From Phoronis australis (lineage: Eukaryota > Animalia > Phoronida), in assembly GCA_002633005.1 (NCBI GenBank), contig NMRA01000967.1, forward strand, positions 22,400 through 86,399: a stretch of 64,000 bases of DNA. The letters run 5' to 3'. A program made the translations under genes and the position numbers. Positions 14,430 through 28,244 of the stretch are shown here, in pieces. Each line of letters begins with the position of its first letter. Position 1 is the first letter of the stretch. Below the pieces are notes generated by a model that did not search any database, was not told where the DNA came from, and was given only the letters and a program-made list of their open reading frames with translations.

Positions 14430-15222
14430 TTTCAGATATTTAGTGTATTTTATAAGTCTTGTTTTGTAAAAGAGATATGTATACCTCTGATGGCGATTTC
14501 GTTACTTTAGACCATATAATAAATAGGTTTAATGTAAAACCAACTTTGTAGAATATAATGGTGTTGTTTTTGTTCTAAGAAGGTTTCAAAAAAGTTTATT
14601 TCAAAGTAAATTTAAAAGTGTTAATGTCTATTCTTTTTGGATGCAATTAGTCACTCACAAAAAGTTGTGAAGGGTTGTAGACATATTTGTTCTATCTTTA
14701 ACGACATTAAGAAACCTTTTAAGTCAGAGTGTAAATGGGAAATAGAGTTAGGAGATGGTTTAGATTGGAAGAAAATATACGCATTGCCGTATGAAATTAC
14801 AAACGATCCCAACATTAGATGGTTCCAGTTAAAATATTACACAGGATTATTGCAACAAGAACTTTTTTAGTCAAAATCCAAGGTCGGGATTCTAATTTAC
14901 GTTCCTTTTGCAAGAAAGCTCCAGAGACGCTGCACACCTTTTTGGGAATGTCGCCCTGTACAAAATTTTTGGAAAGAATTCAGAAAACTATTTCATAAGT
15001 GTCTCATTCAGCTTGCCAACTGTTTCTCTTGGACTTTATGAGACACATGATTTTCTATTTAACATTTTGCTATTACTAGCCAAACAGTACATTTGCAAGG
15101 AGAGATGTCACAAAAATATTCCTGATATTCATAAGTTTGTTAGATATACTTACGAATGCTATAATGCTGAAAAATTGATTGCATATAAAAAAATTGTGTA
15201 TGACAGCTTCTCTGGGAAATAG
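14430..15222 (+). pseudogene. Decayed L1/Tx1-type LINE ORF2 3' fragment (zf-RVT region)
   Basis: Frameshifted KWEIELG..DWKKIY...DPNIRWFQLKILHRIIAT..FL..I....S.L.SFC...PETL.....EC..VQNFW, then NILLLLAKQYI. Confidence 0.8.
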
Positions 15223-15267
15223 GAAAATTTTATTGTTCACGGTAACTCCATGTAACAGTTGTTTACT

Positions 15268-16779
15268 TTATTATGCGCCCACATATTTATATGTGGCCGC
15301 ATTATGCCGTCATCTCCGTCCGTCCGTCCCGCGTCCGTCCGGCGTCCGGTGTGCGGCTTACGGCGTCCGCTGCTCTATCTCCAAAACCGATTGACGTTTG
15401 TTCATGAAATTTTGCACATGTGTTCCTTTCATAGATGGGACGGCATGAGCGAACTTTCGGACGGATCCGACTATCGGTGTACCCGATTGTGGCAATTTTA
15501 GTTTTTTACGTTTACTTCTGTATCTTCAAAGGTCCTCAACATATTTTCACGAAATTTGGTATATTCGCATCTAGACGGTATCTCCCGTTTTTGGATGGAT
15601 TCGACGTAGTTTGCGCCACGTAGTGGTCATTTTTACTGTTTTCGCGTCTGTTTTTAGCGTCCACCCCTCTATCAACCAAACCGCTCGAAGCATGATTGTG
15701 AAAATTGGCATGTATGTTCTCACTATGAAGAGAACGGTTGACGATGATATTCCGACGACTTCGACTACTGTGGCGCCTCCTAGTGGCAGTTTTGTTTTTT
15801 TTTCGTGTATTGCTAAACCGTTTGCAGGATCTTTAATATATTTTGCATTTATATGATGATGACAACGGACAACAACTTTCGGAGAGATCTGACTACTGGT
15901 GTGCCACCTAGTGACAATTTTTTTTCACGTTTACCTCTGTATCTTCAAAGGTCCTCAATGTATTTTCATAAAATTTGGTGTATAGGCTTCTGTTAGTGAT
16001 ATGACGCTATCTTTCCGTTTTCAGATGGATTCGACCTAGTTTGCCCACCTGGTGGCCATTTTTATTGTTTTTGAGTCTGTTTTTTGGCGTCCACCCCTCT
16101 ATCTACCAAATCGCTTTCAGGATAATTGTGAAAATTGGCATTATGTTTTTACTGTGAGGTGGACGGGTGACGATGATTTTCTAATGACTTCGACTACTGT
16201 GGCGCCTCCCAGTGGCAGTTTCGTTTTTTTTTGCGCCTATGGCTGTATCTCCTAAACTGTTTGTGCGATCTTTACTAAATTTAAGAAGTGTGTTTATATG
16301 ATGTTGACAACGGACGATGACGATTTTCGGATTGATCTGATTGCTGGTGTGGCCCCTGGTGGCAATTTTAATTTTACGTTTACCTCTGTATCGTCAAAGG
16401 TCCTCAGCGGATTTTCATAAAATTTTGAATACGGGCATCTGCATCTCCTAAACCCACTGCAGGATCTTTATTAAATTTACTTTGTAATTGTATGTATATG
16501 AATCTAACGACAGACAATGACAACTTTCAGGCGTATCCAATGAATGGCAATTTCATTTTATTCTGTTTTCCTTTGTTTCTCTGAAGTTCCATGATGGATT
16601 TCTATGAAATTTGGTATATAGCTTTCTATTCACGAAACAAAGACATGTTCCCGTTTTCGGATGGATTGTTTGTTTTTGCGCCATCTAGTGGACATTTTAT
16701 GACACAAATAAACAACCCTAAAGGCCTACCCTTTGCGATGCATTCGTGGGCGCATTTCAACGCTCCGCGTTGCTCTTGT
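15268..16779 (+). mobile_element. Complete HINE-like element H2
   Basis: 5' ttattatgcgcccacatatttatatgtggccgcat stem-loop, (GTCC)n, internal ~150-bp monomers, 3' subTIR gtgggcgcat (inverse of 5' atgcgcccac), hairpin caacgctccgcgttg, end ctcttgt; T-rich site, no TSD. Confidence 0.88.
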
Positions 16780-16879
16780 ACGAGATACGAAAATGGCCTC
16801 TCCTCAGGTGTGCATGCGTGAATGAATGAATGTACTTGTTTGTTTGTTTTTGTACGTGTTTACCAATGACAATTTTTAG

Positions 16880-17044
<165 letters not shown>

Positions 17045-17682
17045 CCTCTAAATAAACCGTCTCTCGGAAGAAACCCAGCAATGATCTATTGAGACACCCG
17101 AGTGTGCTGCATTTTCTCTAACAATTCTGGAATTTATTGGAGGCGTGATTTCTGCAATAAATGCTCGTGTTATTAACATATTTGATAGGTGTTGATTGCG
17201 CTGTTTCTTTACATGGGAATGTGTTATTTTTGGAAGGTGTTTTGTTCAATTTGGTATATTTTACTTGTATGATGTGAATCCTTCTTTATAAAAATGAAAT
17301 GGAATAAAAATTATAACTTTGGCCTATAGCCCATATACACATATACATGAGGCAACAGCCCATGTAAACATACATGTATACATGAAGCAAATACAAGGGA
17401 CGTGTAATTAACATATTGAAAGGAGGTGTGACATAATACAGGGAATTAGATTACCGGGTAACTATGAATTGAAACATATACTCTGCAACAGAAGCGTGGA
17501 ATTTTCTACCTAGTCATTGTCCGAATACCTTTCGCAATAGGCTAAAACGAGTAGACATACCAAGACATTTGTAACTAGACTCAATGCCGAATCATTGTTA
17601 AGGACTATTTTTCATAACGACGTAATCGCCGTTTCTGAAAATCATAATTTTGGACTTTGACATATCAATTACAAGTTTTAAT

Positions 17683-19652
17683 TTTCTTTTCGCCCACATA
17701 GTTATATGTGAGTGCGTTATGCCGTTCGTGCCGGCTTCCGGGGTCCCTCCGGCGTCCCTTGTTGTATCTCAAAAACCTGTGGTTGCCAGTATGCTCTTGA
17801 AATTTTGCAGACGGTTGTTCCTTTCATGGATGGGGTGGCATTGGTAAATTGTGTTGCTGGCATTGAAAATCGGTGCGCGGCTCCGCCATTGAGGCCAGCC
17901 ATAAGAACGCAACAGCGAGTGCTCACTGCGTCATAACCTACTTCCGATTTGAAGAATTGACGTTTTTATTTTTTATCAATTTTAGCCCCTCTATTAGTCA
18001 AACCACTTTAAGGATGATTGTGAAAGTTATTGGCACATATGTTCCCATTGGGAAGTAGACAACTGACGATGATTTTCTGACGGCTCCGCCTGCTGTGTCG
18101 CCTCCTAGTGGCAGTTTTGCCTTTTGTGTCCATGACTGTATCTGCTTAGCCCTCTACTGAATCTTTGTTTAAGTTGGCAATTGCGTTTGAATGTAGGTGA
18201 CAATGAATGACGACGACTTTCGGATAGGTCAGGCTACTGCTATGGCACTTTCATTTCTTTGACGTATTTTAATGAAATTTGGCAGATAGGTTTCCATTAA
18301 AGAGGCGATGATATCTTCCCGATTGTAGTACACGACACCAAGTAGTAGCCGTTTTTATTATTCTCGAGTCTGTTTTTGGCGCCTGCCTCTCTCTATCGGC
18401 CAAATCACTCTATGGAAGATAATGAAAATTGTCAGATGTTTTCCTACAAAAATTACAAAATTCGTATACACTGATTACTTTGCAGGCAAATAAATCTACA
18501 AGCATTGACTTTGCACTCCACTTTGGGTGGACTCAAATATATTAAGCTATGTTCAAGTGTCTCCATGACATGGAGTATCTTTGTGACAAAATAAAGTAAG
18601 TAAGCCAGGTTCATAACAGAAGCACTGGGTATGGTGACAGTAGACAATTTCTATATTCATAAAACCAGATCTAATTTTTGGTAAACACTAGTGCTTCTAC
18701 TCTGGTGCCTTGCTGGGGAACAGCTTCGATACTGGCCTCCGTCAAAGTAATTTTCTTAATACTTTCAGGTCCAGGCACCTGGGTAATATTTAATAATTTT
18801 AACATTTTTAATTGTATAGTATTTCACTCATTTGCGTCAATTTTCTTGTTAAGCGTGTTAATTGTACTTATTAAATTTTCTAAAACCATCGTGTTAACTT
18901 GACTTTTTATAATGACTCTATGGGAGACCAGTTGTGTAAATGAATAGGGTTTATCCTTAAAACATACATCCACTGGAAAGAGTGGATGGCTTCAGACGGC
19001 TCTGAATGCTGTGGCGCCTCATAGTGGTAGTTTTTTCGTCCGTGGCTGTATCTGGTGAACCCTCAGCAGGATCTTTCTTAAATCTGGCAAGTGTATTTGT
19101 ATGCAAATGACAACGAATGACAAGACAGAACTGACTACAGCTGCCCCCTATCGACAATTTTATATTTCCTTTTTTCTCTGCTTCTTTGGAGTTCCTTGGC
19201 GAATTTTATGAAATTTGGAAATCCACTCTAAAAAATAGTTTATTATGTTCCTTCTGGGAAAAACATCGTTGACAACGATTTATGGAGTTTCGACTACCGT
19301 GGCGTCCCCTAGTAACAGCTTTGTGTTTTTTGCTTCTACAGCTGTTTCTCTTAAGTCCTTCAGTATCTTTTGTGAGATTTGGCAACTGTATTTCTATCAA
19401 CGTGACAACAAATGACGACGACGTTTGACCACTATTGTGCCCCCTAGTGGCATTTTTAGTTTTTTACGATCTTGGCATGAATGTTTCTATTGAGTGCATC
19501 ACTGACTCGCCATGCAACCCCTAGGTGCTACATCACATTTACTAGCATTGCTTCCTTTAATGGGAATTTTTAAAACAATGACCATCCCTTGCACGTGCGC
19601 CATATGCGAAGCACACGATGGGCGAATATCAACGCTTCGCTTTGCTCATCTT
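17683..19652 (+). mobile_element. Divergent HINE-like element H3 with ~0.5-kb internal unrelated segment
   Basis: 5' ttcgcccacatagttatatgtg and 3' atgggcgaa plus hairpin caacgcttcgctttg; monomers interrupted at ~18450-18960. Confidence 0.75.
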
Positions 19653-22055
19653 ACAATACATCTCATTCTCCTTATAACCCGTTGCCATTCTACATCTGTT
19701 TTAGAGAATACAATTAAATGATGCGCAAATAACAAACAGCATAATTTCAACATACCTAATGCCACACCAGCATCCTTTTTGGTCTTCAACCCTCATTCAA
19801 AATCATTTAAATACGACGAAAATAAAAAGGTGAAAGATGGAATCCTTGACTTGCTATCCACAAACAATCAAATAATCCGTGATTTCATCATTTTTGTTTA
19901 CCTACACGCACGTTCCGATGCCTTCCACACAGTATTTTATACATTTGACCAGATACGTTGTGACCTATTAGTTTGTACTTTAATCTCCAGGTATCCAAGT
20001 CCAATCGATTTTTCAACAAATGAATCAACAACAAAAGCAACCCCTGGTGAAAGACAAGTTCTTAGTTAAGGTCTGTAAAATTAACACGTTGTCTACCGTA
20101 GAACAACCTTTTCGGAATCCTGCATGGCATGCCAATAGAGTTTCGTTTTCTTCTGTCCATTCGTTTAATCAATTAAAGAGTATCTCAGATTTTTTGCCTG
20201 GCAATTGTTTGGGTCACTCTTTGACCCTTTGACACATTCTTAAACAGTGCTGTCATTACACCCTTACACTACTGGCTGGGGTGGACACCAGAGTCAAATA
20301 CATGAGTGAAAATACATGAAAGAAAAGAAAATACGTTGCAGGGGGGCAGAAACGATTCTGTGGGCTCACCTCTAAATTCCAGCTTCGATCCCTAACCCCC
20401 AGTCCCCGACCAGCAAACACAAAACCTGCGATGTGGAGTATTTTAGCAGTGTGTGTGGAGTTTAGGGGCGAGGGTATGGAATATGTTCCGCGGGTTTTGT
20501 GTTTGCTGATCAGGAGCTTTGGTTCATGGATTGTAGCTGGCCATGGAATTGTTTCCATTCCACATGCTTCAAACACGTTTAAACGGGAAGACGCAAACGT
20601 ACGTCTAGTCTAGCTTTCTTTTGAGGCTGCACTGACGTTGGCCGAACTCAAACAACACTCGTTCAAACGTTAAATTCTTGTGCAATAAGTTTTGCATTTT
20701 GCTGTTTGAACGTTTTAATTGAATAAAATACCCGAACGTCTGGACGGCGCTTTACGTGGACCGATTACGGAAAAAGGGAAACGTCGTTTGTGCAATTGAA
20801 GGTGGGAAATCGAGACACCAAAGCAGCCAAGACATAGATACCCAGTAAGGTGGTGGGATGACTGAACGTAGCATGAACCTTTACTCTTAGATCCACGTCC
20901 CTCAGTTTTCATCCCTGCGCTGTAGGGGACAATGCAAAGTGTCGTGTTTGCTGAAAAGTCGAGCCAAAATGCATTATGTGCTGAAATTCAGACTTTGCTC
21001 TCCCCTAAATGAGCTACGTGGGCTTCGACAATGGAAAAGTGAAACAATGTTCTAGAAATTTCTCTCCAGGCACTCTTTGTGGTAACATATGTGCACATGT
21101 CGCGATAGTTACAAAATCAGTTTGTTTATCGATGTATGCATGGAGTATAATAGTCATTAAGGCGTAAACACTTATCAACCTAGGGAATTGCACGCTATGC
21201 CGGGACATGTTTATCAACGTGATATTTTCAAAACTATACGAGAATAGAATAAATGCCCTGAAAAATCCTAAATCTGAAGAATTCGGTCGTGTTTATGTTA
21301 ACAATACAAACACGTGGTCTTTTTACCGGTGTTGTTAAGGTTGCAAGACCCAATAAAGATTAAACTGTATAAACTCTTGTCACTGGAACATTTGTGTATA
21401 CGTATGTGAGCAGCATTTGCTCACTAGAAATTGATATGTTGATCGAGAACACTAATGAGGGATCGCACAAAAGCGCTAAAATGTCGTTGTTGTCGTTGAG
21501 CATACACTGTGCATTTGTTGGATATAAATTCGGATACTTGATAGACAGATCTACGAGAATGACTGTGTAAATCCGTGCTTGCCAAATGGGTGATTATAAC
21601 AATGTGTTGTAGTCGTGTGGAAGGTCGCTGGTGCATTATTAATAAATTATGATTGTTTAAATGGCGGTGGTGTAATTTACTTGAATGATGTCGTTCAATC
21701 AATCATTGTATCCGGGACATTACGTACATTTTCAAATGAAGCCAATCCATGTTTTTACGCGTTTCTCAAAGCACTGTATGAGGACACTCGTTTCTTTAAA
21801 GACAATCTATCCCTTCCATTTTCATTTTAAAGGGTTAATAAACCCACGCCTAACAGAGAAAATGAGTAGCAATATTTTGATTTGAAAAAATCGAAAAAAA
21901 CGAGCTCAAAGCCAAAAACCGAAACTGAACAGAAAAATAGTGAAAGATACAATAGACCTATGGCTCCTGACAAAATCTAATTTTTGATTTAGCCCACTTG
22001 CTATTATATAATCGGAATCACCATGTTCTTTACTCATATTGAGCAGAGTTGACAG

Positions 22056-22211
22056 CAGTGCTGTAGTCGGGCGTTGGCGCACGTAGGTGCAGCCAATCAC
22101 CTTTTGGCATTTGAATGTAGCGCCTACGCACCGTAAGTTACGTTCAGTGCTCAAGGTGATACAATGGGCTGTGGGCGCCTACTTACCTCTACTTTTACCA
22201 CTACACCACTG
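22056..22211 (-). mobile_element. hAT-type MITE (copy 1)
   Basis: TIR cagtgctgtagt...actacaccactg; 8-bp TSD gttgacag/gctgacag; homologous in inverse orientation to 34507-34655. Confidence 0.85.
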
Positions 22212-22558
22212 GCTGACAGGTCTTTAGTGCTTCGGACCACACCCATTAACCTCTGGTTGTCACAGGAGTACAAGGCCGCCGATGCAGCATCATCGTTTGG
22301 AATTCCAGGAGACTATGTGAAACTCAGGATAATTACCCGATGACGCTGATTTGGAATATCCGGCACGCACGTGAAGAGAATTGATGTTGGTGAAAATGAA
22401 TTCATAGAAAGTGTATCGCAAAAGAAACATCCACACCAGACACTTGGATCTTATTACCAAATAATGAAGTATGGTTACTGAATGAGATGTGGTGGTTTAA
22501 GGTTCCTAATGTGACTCTATTTGGGATTTGTATGCAAGCAAAGTTCATTTTTTAAATC

Positions 22559-24701
22559 CAAATTGATTGTCAGTTTGCATGGCCCCAATTTTAATTCCAG
22601 TCAGGTATTTACTATGAGGACGAAATATTTGTGAAATTGTTTTGTTTTAGCCTTCGTCAGCCCACATTTCTTACGCTGTCGTGATTCCTTTGTGGACGTC
22701 TTCTGACTGATTTAACAGTAATCTGTCAAGTTCAATTTGCCGTCACAGAATTATCTTTGTACCTAGTGCTCCCTGGTGACAGGAACGACGCAGATCTACA
22801 TTACAGTAAAACGATCATCCAAGTGGTGTCGATCATCCATACACAATCACTGGTAATAGAGGATACAGAGATATGAATGAGTGAAACCACTAATGAAATG
22901 AAATGAAATGAAATAATATTAGCAAGTAAGTTTTATTCAGTGTAGAAATCCTATTGAAGAAAGAAAATGTTGGAAGTCTAACTAGCTACATGCCATCGTA
23001 AAAATTAAGCAATTAAAAATGCTGACAACATACTGTGAAAGACTCCACAGGTACTTTTAATAAAAAAATACCTAGAGCTTCACACCTCAGGAAACGTGAC
23101 TTTATTCTACGCCCCTCAAGACACGTGTCTTTATGCTACGCCCGAAATTTCTTGAATAACTATCTAATCCTAGTTTGAACAAGATGATTTCATCATTAAG
23201 GCTAAAAGTTCAAGTTTGAACTCCAACTTTCAAGTTTTTACTCGAACTTGCAGAAAAATTCTAGCAACCGTATTTCGCATTATGTAATCTGGTTATGAGA
23301 CCAATATTACAATAGTCCCAGACAACATAGCAATATTCCAAAACACGGCATATGGTTCTGTACGAGAAATCTTAAACACTGTATTAATCTTTTTAGAAGT
23401 CCAATGGTCTTGATTAATTAATGGCTGTCCCAGGNNNNNNNNNNNNNNNNNNNNNNNNNNNNNNNNNNNNNNNNNNNNNNNNNNNNNNNNNNNNNNNNNN
23501 NNNNNNNNNNNNNNNNNNNNNNNNNNNNNNNNNNNNNNNNNNNNNNNNNNNNNNNNNNNNNNNNNNNNNNNNNNNNNNNNNNNNNNNNNNNNNNNNNNNN
23601 NNNNNNNNNNNNNNNNNNNNNNNNNNNNNNNNNNNNNNNNNNNNNNNNNNNNNNNNNNNNNNNNNNNNNNNATGGCCCCAATTTTAATTCCAGTCAGGTA
23701 TTTACTATGAGGACGAAATATTTGTGAAATTGTTTTGTTTTAGCCTTCGTCAGCCCACACTTTTTACACTGTCGTGATTCCTTTGTGGACGTCTTCTGAC
23801 TGATTTAACAGTAATCTGTCAAGTTCAATTTGCCGTCACAGAATTATCTTTGTACCTACTGCTCCCTGGTGACAGGAACGACGCAGATCTACATTACAGT
23901 AAAACGATCATCCAATTGGTGTCGATCATCCATACACAATCACTGGTAATAGAGGATACAGAGATATGAATGAGTGAAACCACTAATGAAATGAAATGAA
24001 ATAGTATTAGCAAGTAAGTTTTATTCAGTGTAGAAATCCTATTCTTCCACAGGGTCCTCGTGAAGAAAGAAAATGTTGGAAGTCTGATTAGCTAAAATGC
24101 CATCGTAAAAATTAAGCAATTAAAAGTGCTGACAACATACTGTGAAAGACTCCACAGGTACTTTTAATAAAAAAATACCTAGAGATTCACACTGGCGGTT
24201 ATCAGATAGTTCTTCGGCATAGCACAAGGGTGGTAAAATTAATGTTTACTAAAATTAGACCTAATTTTATGGAGGTTGCTATTGACACTAGACCTAGTAT
24301 GTCAGTCGTGAACCTGGGCCCGGGGGTTTAAAACGTTTAGTAGAAATCGAATTCTACGTCATTTTTGAGATCTTCTGCAACCTCAACAAACGTGACTTTA
24401 TTCTACGCCCGAAATTTCTTGAATAACTATCTAATCCTAGTTTGAACAAGATGATTTCATCATTAAGGCTAAAAGTTCAAGTTTGAACTCCAACTTTCAA
24501 GTTTTTACTCGAGCTTGCAGAAAAATTCTAGCAACCGTATTTCGCATTATGTAATCTGGTTATGAGACCAATATTACAATAGTCCCAGACAACATAGCAA
24601 TATTCCAAAACACGGCATATGGTTCTGTACGACAAATCTTAAACACTGTATTAATCTTTTTAGAAGTCCAATGGTCTTGATTAATTAATGGCTGTCCCAG
24701 G
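22559..24701. repeat. ~0.9-kb block duplicated on both sides of the N gap (23435-23670); probable uncollapsed haplotypes
   Basis: atggccccaattttaattccag...atggctgtcccagg at ~22579-23434 and 23671-24701, differing by SNPs and indels. Confidence 0.9.
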
Positions 24702-27700
24702 CGTATGTCTATCCTGACTCCAAGAGCGAGTTCTTGACCAATAAATCAAAGGGTGTTATAATCTTGGACTTTTGACGGGAAAGGACAAGGGCGGCGCAGC
24801 ACTGAAAAAGTGAAGGGCTAAAGCGCCCTCAGTCCCCCGTGGTTCACCGCCAATAGACCATGTGCGGCGTAGCACTCAAAAAAGTGGCGGCTATAGCCCC
24901 TCCCCCCCAGCCCCCTATGGTGCGCCGCCCATGAAGGATCCATTTACTCGTTTTGAAACGAAAAGTCAGACTCTTCCGCAATTTCTTCGTAAACTAAACA
25001 CTTCAATTTCTAGCAAAGGCTTCCAGCCAAAGTTGAATGAAATCGAGGCGGTTACCTCATCAGCTATTTTGTTACTAAACGCCGCGAAAATGGCTAAAGC
25101 GGGCTTTGTGTATAGCTTCGTTCCAGCCTTCACTGAGTGCGCAACCGGCCTCATGCAAGCCCGAAATACAATTAAACACCTGATTGCATTCACTTGTAAA
25201 GACACAGGAGTTGACTTTCCTGATAGGCGTCGCTCTGTGCTGAACACTGTGTGATCTAACACCAGTTCAGTATTAGGCCTACTAGACAGTGCGTGTGTTG
25301 CCGTTATCGGGCTGAAATCAATATGGAATTAAAAGTAAAAGATAATCATGGTGATGAGGGGACCAACCTTCTTTTCTAAGATACTCGAAGTCATTTCGAT
25401 GCGCAATCATGAGTCAGAAGAGAACGGAACAGGTCTAGTCTTACTAGTATCACGGTATCGTCTAGAAGTGTGTAGTGCTGATCAAAGTCGTTCATCTCAT
25501 GAAATAAGTAACCCTGTAAGTTGAAGTTCGCCCCTAGGCGTATTGCTCCTTTACGGTAAACCGTACCGTTTAGTAAATAGATCTTTTTCATAAACGATTA
25601 ACTTTTTAACCTCACTGTTAAATTAATTTTTCTGTGGTACTTTTCTTGCATTTGGAACTAGTTGGAGTTCCTAATATGAGTAATTTGGTTCAGAGCCCGG
25701 CTGAGAGTTCGTTAGATTTTTAACTTATTTCTTATTTGATACAAGCATGAATCACTAAATACATAAATAAAGGGTATATAAATAAATGATATATCGTCAA
25801 CTCATTCAATTGAAAATTCGTGGCACACCATACAGATGGGTAATTTCTTACAGTGAAAAAATGTCGGAAGAACAGCCGTGCACTCTGAGCACTGTCGGAG
25901 CTATATCAAGACAATCTAGCCTTCGTGCGGGGAACCAGCGAAAATCAGTAAGCCGTGCACCTGCAAAAATAATGTTACACTGATCGAGTCGAAGTTTCCG
26001 GCAAATATGTAGTTGTCACCCCATCTAGTGTTTAGTCCGGGAACCAGCCAAATAAAAGCCTGTACTGTTGAGCACTTTTCTTAAAATGTGTAATCTCCGT
26101 TTACCAACTGGTTTTTGTTTCTTTTGAGGAGAGTCAGATTTCAGTTGGATGAAATATTCGCTTCAAAACTTTGTATTATGAGGTACTAAAACCTTAAACG
26201 GATGTTTTGCTGTTTTAGTTGTATTGGACTACCCAGATATTCCCAGCCACATAAAAACACGTTTTATTCACGCTTACGTTGGCTAGTAAAACGAGAAGAG
26301 AAGAAGCCTTTCCGCGCTTCATGTTGCGTCACCAAGAGAACACGGAACACCGAAAGTAGTTGCATTGATATTGGGGACTAAATAGAACACCGCAAGACTT
26401 CTAGCGGTGACATAAGCTTATGCAAGCCAAACGTTCATTACATTTGATGGGGCTACCCTCGTAAATATTACATTAATAAATGATAATAAATGAATAAATA
26501 AATTTGGGACTTTCTGACATTTTTGTGCTCAGAGCTACGCTCAAACTATAATGTAGGTATAAATTCACATGTGGTATCCTTCACACCTGGACACATTTCC
26601 ATAATGTTCACTTTGCAAAATCGAGACATTTTTGTACTGGCTAACTTATTGACTTCCATCCTGCAGAAACAAAAGGAAAACGTTATTGATTTGAAAACCC
26701 GATACTATATTCATCTTATAGTAATCGTGACCACTTGTGAGTTGCAATTTTTCCTGTGCATTTTGTAGTATTCTCGTTTTCAAATTGCTTAGTGGTGAAC
26801 ATTTAAATAACTCCGTTTAAACGCACCATCACATTTGGTTTGGTAGAACAGATAATACAGCTTCATCAATCGAATGACACTACTCAGTAAAATACGATCG
26901 TGTGTTTAAGTATGACACAACTACTATCAAGTTTGTAGAAAGTCAAGTTCAATGTAATTCAGCTGTTGTGGCCATTTTATTGGATCACTACTAGAAATTG
27001 CAAAAATTGAACTTAAAAAATCTCCATTAGATTCTACACATTTTTGTTATTTGTAAGTCAAGTTGAAAGAAATATTAGGTTGAGTTTACTTTAGAATTCA
27101 TTTTAAGACGTTTTTAGCAGGAATGAAGCGAAAAAAGATTTTCAGATCCATTATCTTAAATTTCGAGAATTTATTTAAATGCCTTTTACATTGTTCGTCA
27201 AGTGTAGCGGATAGAGTATTCGAGTAATCATGTCGTGAATGATTGACAATAATTGATTTTTGTGACCACTGACCGTACGTCCGTTATTCTTACCTTTTGG
27301 CACTGTAGGCGGAAGTTCCTTTAATTGTTCTTGTACCAACAGAGTGCGACCATTTTAGTAGTTAACGCATAAACGCCATCCATGTTATTCCAAGTAGAAA
27401 AAACAAATAGACACACAAAGCAAACAATTGATCATGTTCTTGTTGAATCACTTTCAATGCTTTATAAGCCTTTTAGGTTTGTCAGTTGAACGGAACTCAA
27501 CAGCTATATTTGCTTTTATAAGAGGGACGCCATTCAATTAAGTCTAAATGATGACATAGGAGCAGGTAAATATTTGTCATCTGGCCAGCCTTACCATCAT
27601 AAGGAATCTCCGTACACATTGGCCAGATAAACGAGAAAAAGAAAAATATACCTGTTACGGAGAGACCTGTGGAAGGATTGAAATTTGGGTAGTAGCTTTC

Positions 27701-28051
27701 AAGGTTGGATATATTTCCTTCTTATTTTGATACCGATGGATGTGTACAGCTCTGCTTTTGAATACTACTAAGAGAACAAATAGGAATGTGATATGATATG
27801 GGAATTACGATTGTGGAACCAAGGCGCTTATTTGAGTAGCTACGGACGGATACGATTACAACCCATGGAGTACCAAAAAAGTCGACTGCGTGTTTAAGGC
27901 TCAGGTGAGACGGAGTCTATTAGTTTGGACACGTTGCCATGAAGAAAGTCGACAGTGAGACTTATTGTGTCATTAGAGTTTTCGGGTTACCAAGAATACG
28001 GAAAGTATAATTCCGATTATCGCTCGACATAGTTTCCCAATACCGCTGAAA

Positions 28052-28244
28052 ATGACGGAAGCAGCGGCGAAGATGGCGGAAAAATGGGCCGCTCTGACTC
28101 TGACTAAAAAAACCATACCGCGGGCTCAGGACAGTGTGATAGCCTGTATCAGTAAACCGTCTGAGCAACGACGAAAGACGGAAATTGAGATGATACTTCC
28201 TTGGTTCAGAAAGAAAAGTGATTTGCTGAGGAGCGTCGATAAAG
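28052..28244 (+). CDS. Tandem cyclic-nucleotide-binding-domain protein (CNBD2-like), coding exon 1 of 9
   Basis: MTEAAAKMAEKW...ISKPSEQRRKTEIEMILPWFRKKSDLLRSVDK G|gtacgt, phase 1; start ATG uncertain (28052 or 28073). Confidence 0.8.

Noticed and set aside
23418-23687. ORFs of X residues
   Set aside because: Assembly gap (Ns at 23435-23670)
24862-25254. 130-aa ORF upstream of the CNBD gene
   Set aside because: Starts in a small GC-rich ~70-bp tandem repeat with a non-ATG start; no recognisable domain or splice partners
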